A stretch of DNA of 63,295 nt from Saprolegnia diclina VS20 (lineage: Eukaryota): NCBI RefSeq assembly GCF_000281045.1, contig NW_008246094.1, positions 132,812-196,106 of the forward strand, read 5' to 3'. Made by a program: the position numbers and the translations under genes. This document shows, piece by piece, positions 45,184-55,864 of this stretch (the stretch's first letter is position 1; every line of letters starts with the position of its first letter). Below the pieces are notes generated by a model. That model ran no database searches. It saw nothing but the letters and a program-made list of their open reading frames with translations, and was not told where the DNA came from.

Positions 45184-45897
45184 CTAGACTTCGGCGGCGA
45201 CGTCAAAGCCCAAGTCGTCCTCTTCTTCGGGGATGTTGGAGTTGCGCAAGAACGCGTGGGCAATGGCCAGGAACGTGCTACGTCCATCATGAGCTACATG
45301 CCTAGCGCGCAAAGGACGGTCTCTGTACCTCACGGAGAAGATGCTAAATAGGACCGAGCCGCCAAAGTACACGACGAGGACGCCGGTCACTACATGCACG
45401 AGGATGAGACCATGCAAGCGGAGGCTGTGCGTACCAGCGAGCATGCCCACGTTGCGCTGCGACGCGCTCACGGACCGGCCGCCAATCTTGAACGGGTTCT
45501 CTTCCGTCTCGTTGGCCGTGATCTGCGCCACGTAGTACCAGCCGGCGGCAATGCACATGAGGATGAAGAGGAAGAACGGGTTCATCAAGCTACAAGCGTC
45601 GCATGAGGTGAGGACAGACGGGCTATGGATAGCGTAATACATGGAGAGAAAGCCAACGCAGGCAACGACAAGCATGTAGTTGGTGGCGAAGTAGAGCATG
45701 TTCTTCCGGAGGCGCGAGAGCGCGATCTCCTTGGCCGGGACCTCGAACGGCTTGGGCTCGCCAAGGCCGAAGAAGCTCACGACGCCGCGGAGGTTGCGCA
45801 GGTTCATGACGTCCTTCATCTTGGCCGCCATCATGGCCATGCTGTTCATGGGCGCGAGCGGCGCCGCAATCGTCTCGTCCTTCTTGGTCGTGCTCAT
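45184..45897 (-). CDS. PRA1 family protein, paralogue D (most canonical), 4 exons
   Basis: SRLRKNMLYFATNY, LMNPFFL..AAGWYY, AHAFLRN, acidic tail. Confidence 0.85.
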   Translation of the reverse strand: MSTTKKDETIAAPLAPMNSMAMMAAKMKDVMNLRNLRGVVSFFGLGEPKPFEVPAKEIALSRLRKNMLYFATNYMLVVACVGFLSMYYAIHSPSVLTSCDACSLMNPFFLFILMCIAAGWYYVAQITANETEENPFKIGGRSVSASQRNVGMLAGTHSLRLHGLILVHVVTGVLVVYFGGSVLFSIFSVRYRDRPLRARHVAHDGRSTFLAIAHAFLRNSNIPEEEDDLGFDVAAEV

Positions 45898-46686
45898 GCT
45901 GGCGAATTGCGTTATGAAGACAGGAATTATGTGGTGGACGCTTCTGATTGGCCAAAATCCTAACGTCCCTGATTGGAGCCCTCGATCCCAAAGGTGCAAG
46001 ATACACTGGATCTTTGTATTCTGAAACTGGCGTTTGAAATCAGGATATATTGCGGCCAATTAGGACTCGGCACATGCCACCTCGGAGCCCGACACTCCAC
46101 GCGTGGCAGCAGCACACACCCGCTCGCAGCAATGACGTGCTGCTGATGCACAACTCGTGCTCACCGACAAGAAGAGCGACCAACGTATGGTGGAGACCTG
46201 GGTGGAGACAAGCATCGTTCTGTGCTCGCTCGGCTTTGATAGAGCAGTGCTACGCAGGGCACGGGATCTGGCTTGATGGCGAACTGGCTGGCGCTATGAG
46301 ACTCGGTGCGGCGATGAAGTCGTTGACGTGCATGCCACCATCGCCGGGCAGAGAGGTCATGGAAGCCACCGCCTCGGCAATGCAAGGCTTTGCATCTGGA
46401 GTCACTGCCCATGCACGCTACAAGCCGCCACCACCCACCTTGGGCATGACGACACACCTCGTGTTTCCGATGAGCGCGCTTCCGTTGCGGCACCATGGCC
46501 TCTTGCCACTGACGCGTGCGGAAGTAGCTGCGCATATAGCCACACTGGCGCGGACGCATTGTCGCTGCTGGTGCCCAATGGGACAATATGCCACCTTGCA
46601 CGTGTTTTAAATATGGCAGTGCCGAATCTAGCGTCGCCATTTGCGGTTTTCTGGATCCAATAGATTTGCGACGGTCCGGCGATAGG

Positions 46687-49683
46687 ATGGAGACCTCGGA
46701 CGTTGGCAAGTGGCTCCAGCGCGACGTCAACTGCTTGGCGGACCCGCAGCGCTCGGTGCGCAAGCGGTCGCTCGAGAAGCTCAGCATGGTCGCGGAGCTT
46801 GCGGCCAAGTTTGGCCAAGGCCACCTCGTGAGCTTCTTCCAGTCGCACCTCTTTGAGCCGCTCGTCCGCTGCTTCGCCGACCCGATCGAGAAGAACCGCG
46901 AGCTCGGCATCCGCACGTGCACCGAGTACGCCAAGCTGGGCGCGATCGCGGGCGACGGGCGGGAGAAGGCGCTTGTCGTAGCGATCCACGCGCGCATCGG
47001 CAAGGCGCCGTTTCCCGAAGGCGCCGAGGAGCTTCGCCTCCAGCTGCTCGATCTTCTCGCCCTCGTGCTGCACGGCGCCATGCCTGACGACAGCACGTTT
47101 ACGACTTCGATCGGCGATGTCATGGAGACCCTCGCCAAGACTGCGACCGACCCGTTCCCAGATGCGAAAAAAGCGTGCTGCGACGCCATCTTGGTCCTCG
47201 CCGCCAAGTGGCCGGCGCAGGTCAAGATGCACCTCGCGACGCTGGCGCGGCCGCTGACCATGAACTTGAGTCACCAGCACGCCCGAATTCGCCTCTGCAC
47301 GCTCCAGGTAGCGCCTCGGTAGGAACAGCATGAACGATTCGAATAGGCGCTCGAGGTCGTCGTGCCCTGTGGCTCAACGACGCTGCCCGAGCTCATGAAG
47401 GACGTACTGCTGCCCAACTTGAGCCGCGTCATGTTCGATCGGTCGGCCGCCGTGCGCAAGCAGCTCGTGCAGGCCATGGCCACGTGGTGCCTCCGCATCG
47501 ACGAGCTCCGCGCGTTTGAGGCGGCGCTCTTGCCGCTCTTCTTGTCGGGGCTCGCAGACGAGTCGCCCGAAGTGCAAAGTCACAGCTTGGTTCTCCTCGG
47601 GCAGCTCAGTACGCTCTGGGTCTCGGATCCGCTGCATGCCGAGCACGACGATGTGGACGAGAGCATGGCGGCGGTGGTGACACCGCCCTTCACGGCGCGG
47701 CCCCCGCTCGGCGCACGCCTCGTGACGCGTCGGCTCCTTGCGCAGCTGTTGCCGTCGCTCTTGGACCAGTGCGCCGACTGGACGGTACGTCTTTTTTTAT
47801 AACGTTGCTTTTGAGATTGGACTATCGCAAGTGACACGTTGATGTCCTCTAGGTCCAGACGCGGGAAAAGGCCACGTCGATATTGCGGGTCGTGCTGGTG
47901 CTTGCAGAAGACGCGGCCGATGCGCATGTCGCTGCGATCTTGGCGGCTCTCGCCAAGACGTGTCGGGACGACGAACCGGTGGTTGTCACGAGCGTCCAGT
48001 CGGCGATGGCGGTCGTCGGTCACTTCGCCAACCCCGACTTGATCTTTTCGAGCTTGCTCCCGCTCGTAAAACCGGCTTTTGCCGTGGTTGTGGACTCTCA
48101 CAAGCAGGTCTAATAGGCTGCTGGACGGCTTCCGGGCCAGGACACGTCGCACCACCGCACGAACGGGCTCGTGCTGCTCTCGATGGCGATCGCGGGCATG
48201 GCGCAGCCGACGATTTTGCCCCACATGGAGGTAGCGCGTCGTCGACATTTGTGCAAATGCAACTCATACTCTATCGCCTAGCGCATCACGGAGGCCTTGG
48301 CCGATGCGGGGCTGCGCGAGGCCGACGCGCCCGAGCTCCAGGAAAAGCTCTCCCTTTTGACAGCGACGATCGTGACGACGGGCGCGCCGCTCTTAGCGAC
48401 CCATGACTCCTGGGGATTCCGGCTCTTTTGGGTGTTGAGCCAAATGATTGCGTCGACACCCGAGGATTCGACGGCGTTTGACACGGTAGGCCGTGTGTGA
48501 CCGTCCCTCGCATGATCTTCTACCTTGGATCGTAGGCGACCAACGGGCTATTGGCACTCGCGACCGCACTGCAGCTCGACGTGCCGGTACAAGCACTACG
48601 GTGGTGGCTGCTGCAACTCGACGACGGAATATTGGTGGCGTAGGGACTGTATCTTCGGTTTTTATCGCCGCTCGTCGAGACGATCAGCGCCAAGAACGCG
48701 GTGTGGTCTAAGGCGTCGCCGCACCGAGTGCTCTTTGACTCGTTGGCGCGTCGGGGTGGCAAGGTACGCGCGGTTTTGTATTGCACTTGTTAGCGCGGTG
48801 TAGGCGTGTGGTGCGGCGCTGCCCGTGCTTCTGCCCGTGCTGTTGCGCCACCTCGACCCGGCCCGCGACGCCGACGTCCGGCTCGCCTTCTTGGCGCTTT
48901 TGGAAACTATGCTCGGGAACCCCGAGATGGCGCCCGTATGTCTTGTGTGGTTGATACAAAAAGTTGATACAAAGGGTGTCGATAGGCATTTCAGCCTTTT
49001 GCGTCGACGCTTTTGGTCAAGGCCATCACGCCCAACATTGTGTGGCAGGGCGGCAAGGTCGCGGCCACGATCCGGTGCGTATCTATCAATCTTTCAAGTC
49101 CCAATATCGCGTATTCTGTAGCAAGGTCGCGATGGCGTGCACGTACACGCTCTTGCGGCAGGGGCTGGCGACGACGCCGTGTCTCTTTGAAGCCGCGCCG
49201 GTCATGCTGCCGGTGCTCAAGGCCGCACTGGACGATGGCGACGCCAAGACGCGCCAGCTCGTGTGCCTCGCGCTGCAGTTTCTCTTTGTTGCGCTGCCGA
49301 ATGCGCTTGGCCGTGGGATTTTCTGTTTTGAAAGATTGAAAGATTGATACTTTGGGGGTGTAGAGGAGCCCGTGGCGCAGCTGTACCACGATCTGCTCAA
49401 GCGCCTTGACGACAGCAACGACCTCGTGCGCAAGGCTGCGTGCGCCACGTTTGTCGAGTTTCTTCGCGCAGCGCCCACCGCGCATTTCCAAGGCACCATC
49501 ATCGACTACTCGATGGACGCGCTCTTCGTGCACCTTGACGACAACGACAGCGAGGTCCAAGCAGCCGTGTTTGCCGTGCTGCTCGAGACCAAGCGCATCG
49601 ATGCGACGCGCCTGCGCCAAAAAGCCAACGAGAACCGGAGTCGTCTGCGCAGCCCGTTCTATTGCGACCAGCTTTTGCTCTAA
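46687..49683 (+). CDS. DNAAF5: Dynein axonemal assembly factor 5 (HEATR2), HEAT repeats, many exons
   Basis: LQRDVNCLADPQRSVRKRSLEKL, FADPIEKNRE, EGAEELRLQL, DPFPDAKK, PNIVWQGGKVAATIR, LLKRLDDSNDLVR, LFVHLDD. Confidence 0.85.
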
Positions 49684-49791
49684 GAGTCAGCATCGCACGC
49701 TGCCCTTGTATCCCACGTCGAACTCCTTCATTCTTATATCCTTGTACATATGGCTGGAGTGTGGTGAGGAGTGGAGCTAAAGTCTCGAGAG

Positions 49792-50179
49792 NNNNNNNNN
49801 NNNNNNNNNNNNNNNNNNNNNNNNNNNNNNNNNNNNNNNNNNNNNNNNNNNNNNNNNNNNNNNNNNNNNNNNNNNNNNNNNNNNNNNNNNNNNNNNNNNN
49901 NNNNNNNNNNNNNNNNNNNNNNNNNNNNNNNNNNNNNNNNNNNNNNNNNNNNNNNNNNNNNNNNNNNNNNNNNNNNNNNNNNNNNNNNNNNNNNNNNNNN
50001 NNNNNNNNNNNNNNNNNNNNNNNNNNNNNNNNNNNNNNNNNNNNNNNNNNNNNNNNNNNNNNNNNNNNNNNNNNNNNNNNNNNNNNNNNNNNNNNNNNNN
50101 NNNNNNNNNNNNNNNNNNNNNNNNNNNNNNNNNNNNNNNNNNNNNNNNNNNNNNNNNNNNNNNNNNNNNNNNNNNNNNN
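49792..50179. other. Assembly gap
   Basis: Run of N adjacent to an acidic (GAC)n coding tract. Confidence 0.95.
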
Positions 50180-51208
50180 TCGTCGTCGTCGTCGTCATGG
50201 AGCGTAAAGGACGCTTCGGAGCTGCTGCCGTCGCTCTCGTCCGTGCCCATGAGCGGAGGCACGTCGTCGCCCAGCGACAAGGCGGCTTTTCTCGGTGGCT
50301 CGACGTATTCGCGGCGCGGCCGGCGCGGCCCTTCGTCAATGATCAAGCTCGTGTCCATCCCGTCTAACTCCCGCGCCAGGTCGCGCTTGCGCTTCATGGC
50401 GGCCACGTCGTGCTTGCCAGGGTACCGCCCTTGCCAGCGCACGTTGGCCGCTACCAAGCGGTCTCGCACAATGTCTTCGGCGGCGTCGAGGCTCGGCGCC
50501 TCTCGAATCTTCTTGTAGATGGCCGGCCTACCGACGACGATGCGTTCAACATGCTATTGGCAGCGATACGTACGCGAGGACGCCGGCGGTGCGGGCAAGG
50601 AGCTTGAGCTGCTCGAGACCGTCCGAGGCCCACCCAGCATCGGCGGTGGGCTTCTTGGCGACTGCCGTCTTGCGCTTCTTGGGCGCGGGCGACGACTCAT
50701 CGTCCGAAGACGCGGCCCGGCGACCCTTGGCACGCTTCTTCGTGGCGGGTTTCTTGACGGGCGTTGCACTGTCGCTGTCGTCACTCTCGCTGGCAAGGAC
50801 TCGGTGTTTGCTGGGTTTCGAGGGCGGTGCGTCCGAGACGTCGCTGTCTTCGGACGGCTCTGGCTCGCCTTGGCTGCCACTGGCCTCGTCGTCCGAGTCT
50901 TGCACGACACGCTTGGCCGTCTTGGCCGCCGTCTTCTTGGCCACTGTCTTCTTGGCGACCGACTTCTTCCGCGGCGGAACGTCGTCATCTTCGTTGTCGC
51001 TGGCGGGTGGCGAGGCAGCACCCTTGCAGAGATGCAGCATGTCGGGCGCGATGCTCTTGACCATTGTCTTGACGGCCTTGCGCTCGTCGGCGTCCATCAC
51101 GTCCATCTCGGTCTCGAGCACCTTCATGAGCGTGGCCACACTCACGTCCGCGTCCATGCTCGGAAGGATCCGGCGCAGCGTTGCCTTGAGCTCCTTCGAG
51201 GTCACCAT
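50180..51208 (-). CDS. HIRIP3/Chz-like histone chaperone (DEK-C-like N-terminus); 3' end lies in or beyond the gap
   Basis: N-terminal ELKATLRRIL..VSVATLMKVLETEM..RKAVK; charged linker; LEQLKLLAR..YPGKHDVAAMKRKRDLARELDGMDTSLII..RRPRR. Confidence 0.6.
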
Positions 51209-51477
51209 TCCCCCACTCGTTCTGCACTGGCGGGAACGGCCGCTGCTGCGTATCCGGATGACACCGGTAAGATCGCAATATGGCGCCGGCGCCCCATCTT
51301 GGCCGCTTGCAGCCGACCAACCGACTGTCTTCCGTACGCTGCGCTGCATATGATCCGTCCGAGTCGCTTCGATCCTAGTATCTGCACTTGTACGCCACAG
51401 TATCGAGTCTGTCGTTGACCGCAGGAGCCGTGAAGCGAGACTAAGGCGCTAAGGCGGTGTAGGTAGAGATGCTTTTG

Positions 51478-52911
51478 TTAGCCACGCACGAGCCACACAG
51501 GCTCATCGTGCGCAAGGCTTGTCGGGTACTTTTGGCCAAAGCTCGGTGCTGGCGTCATCTGAGGCGCCCGCTTGGCGAATTGCGCCGTGATGCCAGTTGG
51601 TAGGTGCACGCGCTCGGTCGCCGCGGCCATTTCGTCCGGTGTCAACCCGGCCGCGGTCGTGTCGCCTGCGCCGAGCGACCGCAGCCACGCCGCCGTCCAC
51701 GCCAACGACACGTCGACGACGCTGCCGCCCGCGCCGTGGAGCTGCGCGTGGAGCGCCGAGAGGACGCCAAAAGCTAGTAGATGGCCCGTCGCGTGGTCGA
51801 GGCCTTGCGTCGGCAGCGCCCGTGGCGCCGACTCGCCAAATGCTGCGGCTTCGTCAGCGTTGATGCCGGTGGCGGTCTGGAGAAGGCTGTCAAAACCGCG
51901 CTTGCCGCCCCACGGGCCGTCGGCCCCGTACGCCGAGCATCGCCCAAGCACCAAGTGCGCATTCAGGGCAAAGAGATCGTCGGCGCCAAAGCCTTTTGCA
52001 GCGAGCGCGCCGGGGCGGTACGCGTCGAGGAAGACGTCGGCCGAGGCCACAAGGTCTTGGAGGACCGAGGCATCCTTCGCCGTCGTCAAGTCGAGCTGGA
52101 TCGTGCGCTTCCCGCGCGACGTGTCGCCATCAATCGACGGCAAACTCGGCAGCTGTGGCGATGTCACCCAGAGCACATCGGCCCCGTGCGACGCAAGGGT
52201 CCGCCCCGCGATCGGACCCGCGAGAACCCGCGTCAAGCAGAGCACCCGCACCCCCGAGAGGCAATTTGTCGTCCCACTATGTGACCAGACAGGGCGGTGC
52301 GTGGTTCGAGTTGCCGCGGCTTTGTGTTGTTGCACGCGCCATGGCACGTGACCATTGGCCGCGTACGTGGCATCGAGGTGCGACGCCATCGGGTGCGCCT
52401 GCCACGCGTCCGACGTCCGATACGCCGCGGCGCACAGACCGCGCTCGGACGCAAGCGCCTCGAATGGCTCTGCCTGCCACGCCGCCAACGCCATCTCGAC
52501 GTTCTTGCGACCGGCGTTCAGCGGCAAGCCCAAGAGGCCCAAGAGGCCGTCGCGGTGATGGGGAAAGTTGGCGTGCAGCCGGACGTAGCCGTCGTTCGTG
52601 GCGTAGAGGCCCGAGAGCGGGTCCCACACACCGGGCGCCGGGCGCGTCACGTCGGGCTTGTACACGGCATGGGAGAGAAACTCGGCGCACGCATCCTGCG
52701 CATCGACGGTGACGCTCGAGCGGCTTGCGCCGGTGCGGAGATGGTGGATCTCGGCGGCTGCGAGCGACGCGAGACCGATCGAGATGGACGCGGCGCTCGA
52801 GAGGCGAAAAGCGCTGGCAAAGCGGGGTGGGCCCGAGAGGTACAGCCGCGATAGCGCGTCGGGCGGAAGACCCGCGGCCAGCCACAAGCGTTGCGCTTCC
52901 TTTGCGTCCAT
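51478..52911 (-). CDS. CoA-transferase family III (CaiB/BaiF-like), intronless
   Basis: WDPLSGLYATNDGYVRLHANFPHHR, LSGVRVLCLTRVLAGPIAGRTLASHGADVL, RGKRTIQLDL, YRPGAL, GPWGGKRGFDSLLQ. Confidence 0.9.
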   Translation of the reverse strand: MDAKEAQRLWLAAGLPPDALSRLYLSGPPRFASAFRLSSAASISIGLASLAAAEIHHLRTGASRSSVTVDAQDACAEFLSHAVYKPDVTRPAPGVWDPLSGLYATNDGYVRLHANFPHHRDGLLGLLGLPLNAGRKNVEMALAAWQAEPFEALASERGLCAAAYRTSDAWQAHPMASHLDATYAANGHVPWRVQQHKAAATRTTHRPVWSHSGTTNCLSGVRVLCLTRVLAGPIAGRTLASHGADVLWVTSPQLPSLPSIDGDTSRGKRTIQLDLTTAKDASVLQDLVASADVFLDAYRPGALAAKGFGADDLFALNAHLVLGRCSAYGADGPWGGKRGFDSLLQTATGINADEAAAFGESAPRALPTQGLDHATGHLLAFGVLSALHAQLHGAGGSVVDVSLAWTAAWLRSLGAGDTTAAGLTPDEMAAATERVHLPTGITAQFAKRAPQMTPAPSFGQKYPTSLAHDEPVWLVRG

Positions 52912-53539
52912 ACTTGGTACCCCGAGCGATGTGAAATGCCATGCGATGACGTAGGACCCGAGAGGATCCGCTCCGAAACCGGACGGCTTCGTCGCGACAC
53001 ATTGGGCTTCTCTGAGAATTAGAGCGTGAGAAGCGATGAGCGCATTGCGCGGCAGCTGCGTTGCGTGACTTAGGATCTAGTATGATGTAAAAAGCCATTT
53101 GAGCAAGCCACTTCGAGAGACCCGACCTCTGGCTTGTCCTAGATGCCGGCGTCGCCGCTTGCTAGCTGTCCAGGGATGGCGAAGAAGCTATAGCGCACAC
53201 CTGCAGACACGGCGGGCATGCGACACCGAGCTGCTCGTGCTGCTTGGGCAGAGGCAAACGTTGCGCGCCGAGCACCACGTTGCAGGATGCTCCGTGGAAG
53301 ATCCAACGTGGCGGGTTCATTGACACGGCTAGTTGCACGCAACTTTTCCGCGTTCCACACACCCTACGTGCAAACGTACACCATGCGCGGCGGTGTTTAC
53401 CATGGTATTCCCTTGTATACGCACGGTACTATCGGCCATACGTGGCGGTTGCCGGGCGGCCGTCGGCGGTGGACCGATACCGTCCATGCTTGGGCGTCGT
53501 CAAGTTGCGTGTGTCAAGCCAACGTCAATGTCTTGGTGT

Positions 53540-53703
53540 TTGTATTGGTTGCATTTGGTCCAATCAGCGTGAAGGAGGGTTTTCACTGGCGCTTACAATG
53601 CCGGGTGGTGATTGGGCGAGACGGGTGGTGACTAGGGCTGTGAGATTGGTGGTTGGTTGGCGGAGAGGGTTGGCGGGCTCGCATGGCAACTTGGTACCAA
53701 TCG
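53540..53703 (+). promoter_or_regulatory. RPL17 promoter with multiple CCAAT boxes in both orientations
   Basis: TATTGG, CCAATC, two GATTGG and CCAATC within about 160 bp upstream of ATG 53727. Confidence 0.55.
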
Positions 53704-53726
53704 CAACTTAACATCGCAATAGTAAG

Positions 53727-54293
53727 ATGCCTTCGTACAGCCAAGAACCGGAAGACCAGTCGCGCTCGGCCAAGAGCCGTGGCAGCCACCTCCGCGTGCA
53801 CTTCAAGCACTGCCGCGAAGTGTGCCACACGATCAAGGGCCTCCCGGTCGGTAAGGCCAAGAAGTTCCTTGAAGCCGTCTTGGAGAAGAAGGCCGCTGTG
53901 CCGTTCACCAAGTTCACGGGCGGTGTCGGCCGCCACGCCCAGGGCAAGACCCTGAACGCGCCGGGCGACAAGTGCCGCTGGCCCCAGAAGGCGACCAAGA
54001 TCATCCTCGACTTGGTCAAGAACGCCGAAGCCAACGCCGAGCTCAAGGGCCTCGACACGGACAAGCTCTACATTGCCCACACGCAGGCCAACGCCGCGAT
54101 CAAGCAGCGCCGCCGCACGTACCGTGCCCACGGTCGCATTGGCCCGTACATGTCGAACCCTGCCCACATCGAGCTCATCTTGACGGAGAAGAAGGAGAAC
54201 GTCGCCAAGGCTGAGGACGCTGCGCCTGCCAAGATCTCGCGCAAGCGCAACGCCCAGCTCCGCCTCAAGTCGGGCGGCGGCGTCGCCAACTAA
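53727..54293 (+). CDS. RPL17: 60S ribosomal protein L17 (uL22)
   Basis: SRGSHLRVHFK, GGVGRHAQ, RWPQK, RRRTYRAHGRIGPYMSNPAHIELIL. Confidence 0.97.
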   Translation: MPSYSQEPEDQSRSAKSRGSHLRVHFKHCREVCHTIKGLPVGKAKKFLEAVLEKKAAVPFTKFTGGVGRHAQGKTLNAPGDKCRWPQKATKIILDLVKNAEANAELKGLDTDKLYIAHTQANAAIKQRRRTYRAHGRIGPYMSNPAHIELILTEKKENVAKAEDAAPAKISRKRNAQLRLKSGGGVAN

Positions 54294-54883
54294 ATCTCAA
54301 GGCTCGGTGCTGCGGCTGAGTGTGTCGGAAGGCCGGTAACCTTCTAATAAACTTGCGATGACAAAACACGAGGCTTACTCAAATGTACCGATTTGCCCTC
54401 GTGTTCTCTTCGCGGTCTTGCGTTGCCTCGACACTCACGACCGCGAGGGACCTACGACGGCTCGTCCTCCTTCCTGTCCTGTTGTCCTCTCCATCATGGA
54501 CCCGACGACGTACTAGTACGCTCCACGCTGCCTCCGAGACACGGCAACTCGTCTGCGATCCGCTAGCCCATATGCACAACATGTCATTCGTACCAGCATT
54601 ACGATACTTGCTCTTGCGCAATGTCGTGGACCGTGGACGCGTCATGCGCCCGTCTACGCTGCGAGTCCTCGCCCCGTGGCCCAAGGCGCGATGTCTCGTC
54701 CGCCGCATCCGCTGCGAGTACATGTAGGTACGTCAGCGGGGCAGGCGCAGTCCCTTCTTCTTCACGCGGACCCGAAGGATGCCACCATGGCTGCCTTCGG
54801 TCTCGCAGCGTGCATACCGTACGACTAGCAACTAGCCAGGTTTATCTATACTATATGACATGGTTATTACCGAGCCTAAGAGG

Positions 54884-55384
54884 TTATCGCAGCGTGACGG
54901 TCTCGGACGGCGCGATGAGCTCAATGAGCGGGCGCACGGTGCACGCGTCGCAGCCCGTCTCGGTGAGCACGCGCGTGAGATCGTCGAGCCAGCGTGTAAA
55001 GTCCACCTCGGCCGTAAAGCCAAGCGTCCACGACTGCAGCGTCGCCGCGTCCTGCAGCAGCAGCGTGTACGCTGGCGACTGGTAGCGCGCGTACATAGGA
55101 ATGACAGCGCTGATGTTGCGCAGCGCCATGGCCTTGGCGCCGTTATAGATGCAGTGGTTGGGCTGATCCAGCGTCACAGTGGTGCGGCGGAACGCGCGGT
55201 CCATCGAGAAGAAGCTCACAAACTCCTCCGAGAGCACGATGGGCGTTAATGTCGACGACGCATACAGTACGGACAACCAGCGCGACGATGGAAGCCATTC
55301 GTAGAGCCGTGACGCGAGCGACGTCACTTGGCTACTGGCGCCGAGGCCATGCTCGAGCACGTGGAGCTCGTCAAAGTGCAGCAT
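54884..55384 (-). CDS. Hypothetical 166-aa protein, possible PH-like domain
   Basis: Intact single ORF; WTLGFTAEVDFTRWLDDLTRVL resembles the terminal strand and Trp helix of PH folds. Confidence 0.5.
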   Translation of the reverse strand: MLHFDELHVLEHGLGASSQVTSLASRLYEWLPSSRWLSVLYASSTLTPIVLSEEFVSFFSMDRAFRRTTVTLDQPNHCIYNGAKAMALRNISAVIPMYARYQSPAYTLLLQDAATLQSWTLGFTAEVDFTRWLDDLTRVLTETGCDACTVRPLIELIAPSETVTLR

Positions 55385-55864
55385 CTTCTACACTGTGGCG
55401 GTCGTCGACTCGGAAGATTCGAGTTATTTAAAGCATTAGATATACACGCAGTACAACGCCCAATCACCGGGCGGGAGACAGCGACAACGGATGTTCCTCT
55501 GGCGCCAACGCTCGACGGGCGGCGAGCAGGTGGCAGCGTGTCCTGGCGTCGAGGTACTAGTGTGAGATTGCACTTTGGCTCACGTTGACATCCGGCGCTT
55601 TTTGCTACCAAGTAGTTCTTGACATGGACTAGAATCGCGCGACTCGTTCGTTCTAGTCGTTTTTACAGTTGTAGGTCTAGTCGAGTCGTAGTCGTGAAGT
55701 AGCTTGTTGGAGCTCATGTGTCGATGGCGAGCCAGAAACTACTTGGGGCCATTGAAGATCCGCCGCGCGAAGGACGTGGATTGGCTCAGAATGCTGGATA
55801 TTTGACCAATCAAATCGCGTGCAATCTTGGCGTGCCCATTGTGGAGGGAACTTTTGGTTTCAGG

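Noticed and set aside
49777..49791. PTS1 (SRL) at the end of ORF 49777-50469
   Set aside because: The reading frame is carried across an N gap, so the terminus is unreliable, and the protein looks nuclear.
54379..54830. Possible small gene between RPL17 and the PH-like ORF
   Set aside because: I could not build a convincing start and splice model or find recognisable motifs.
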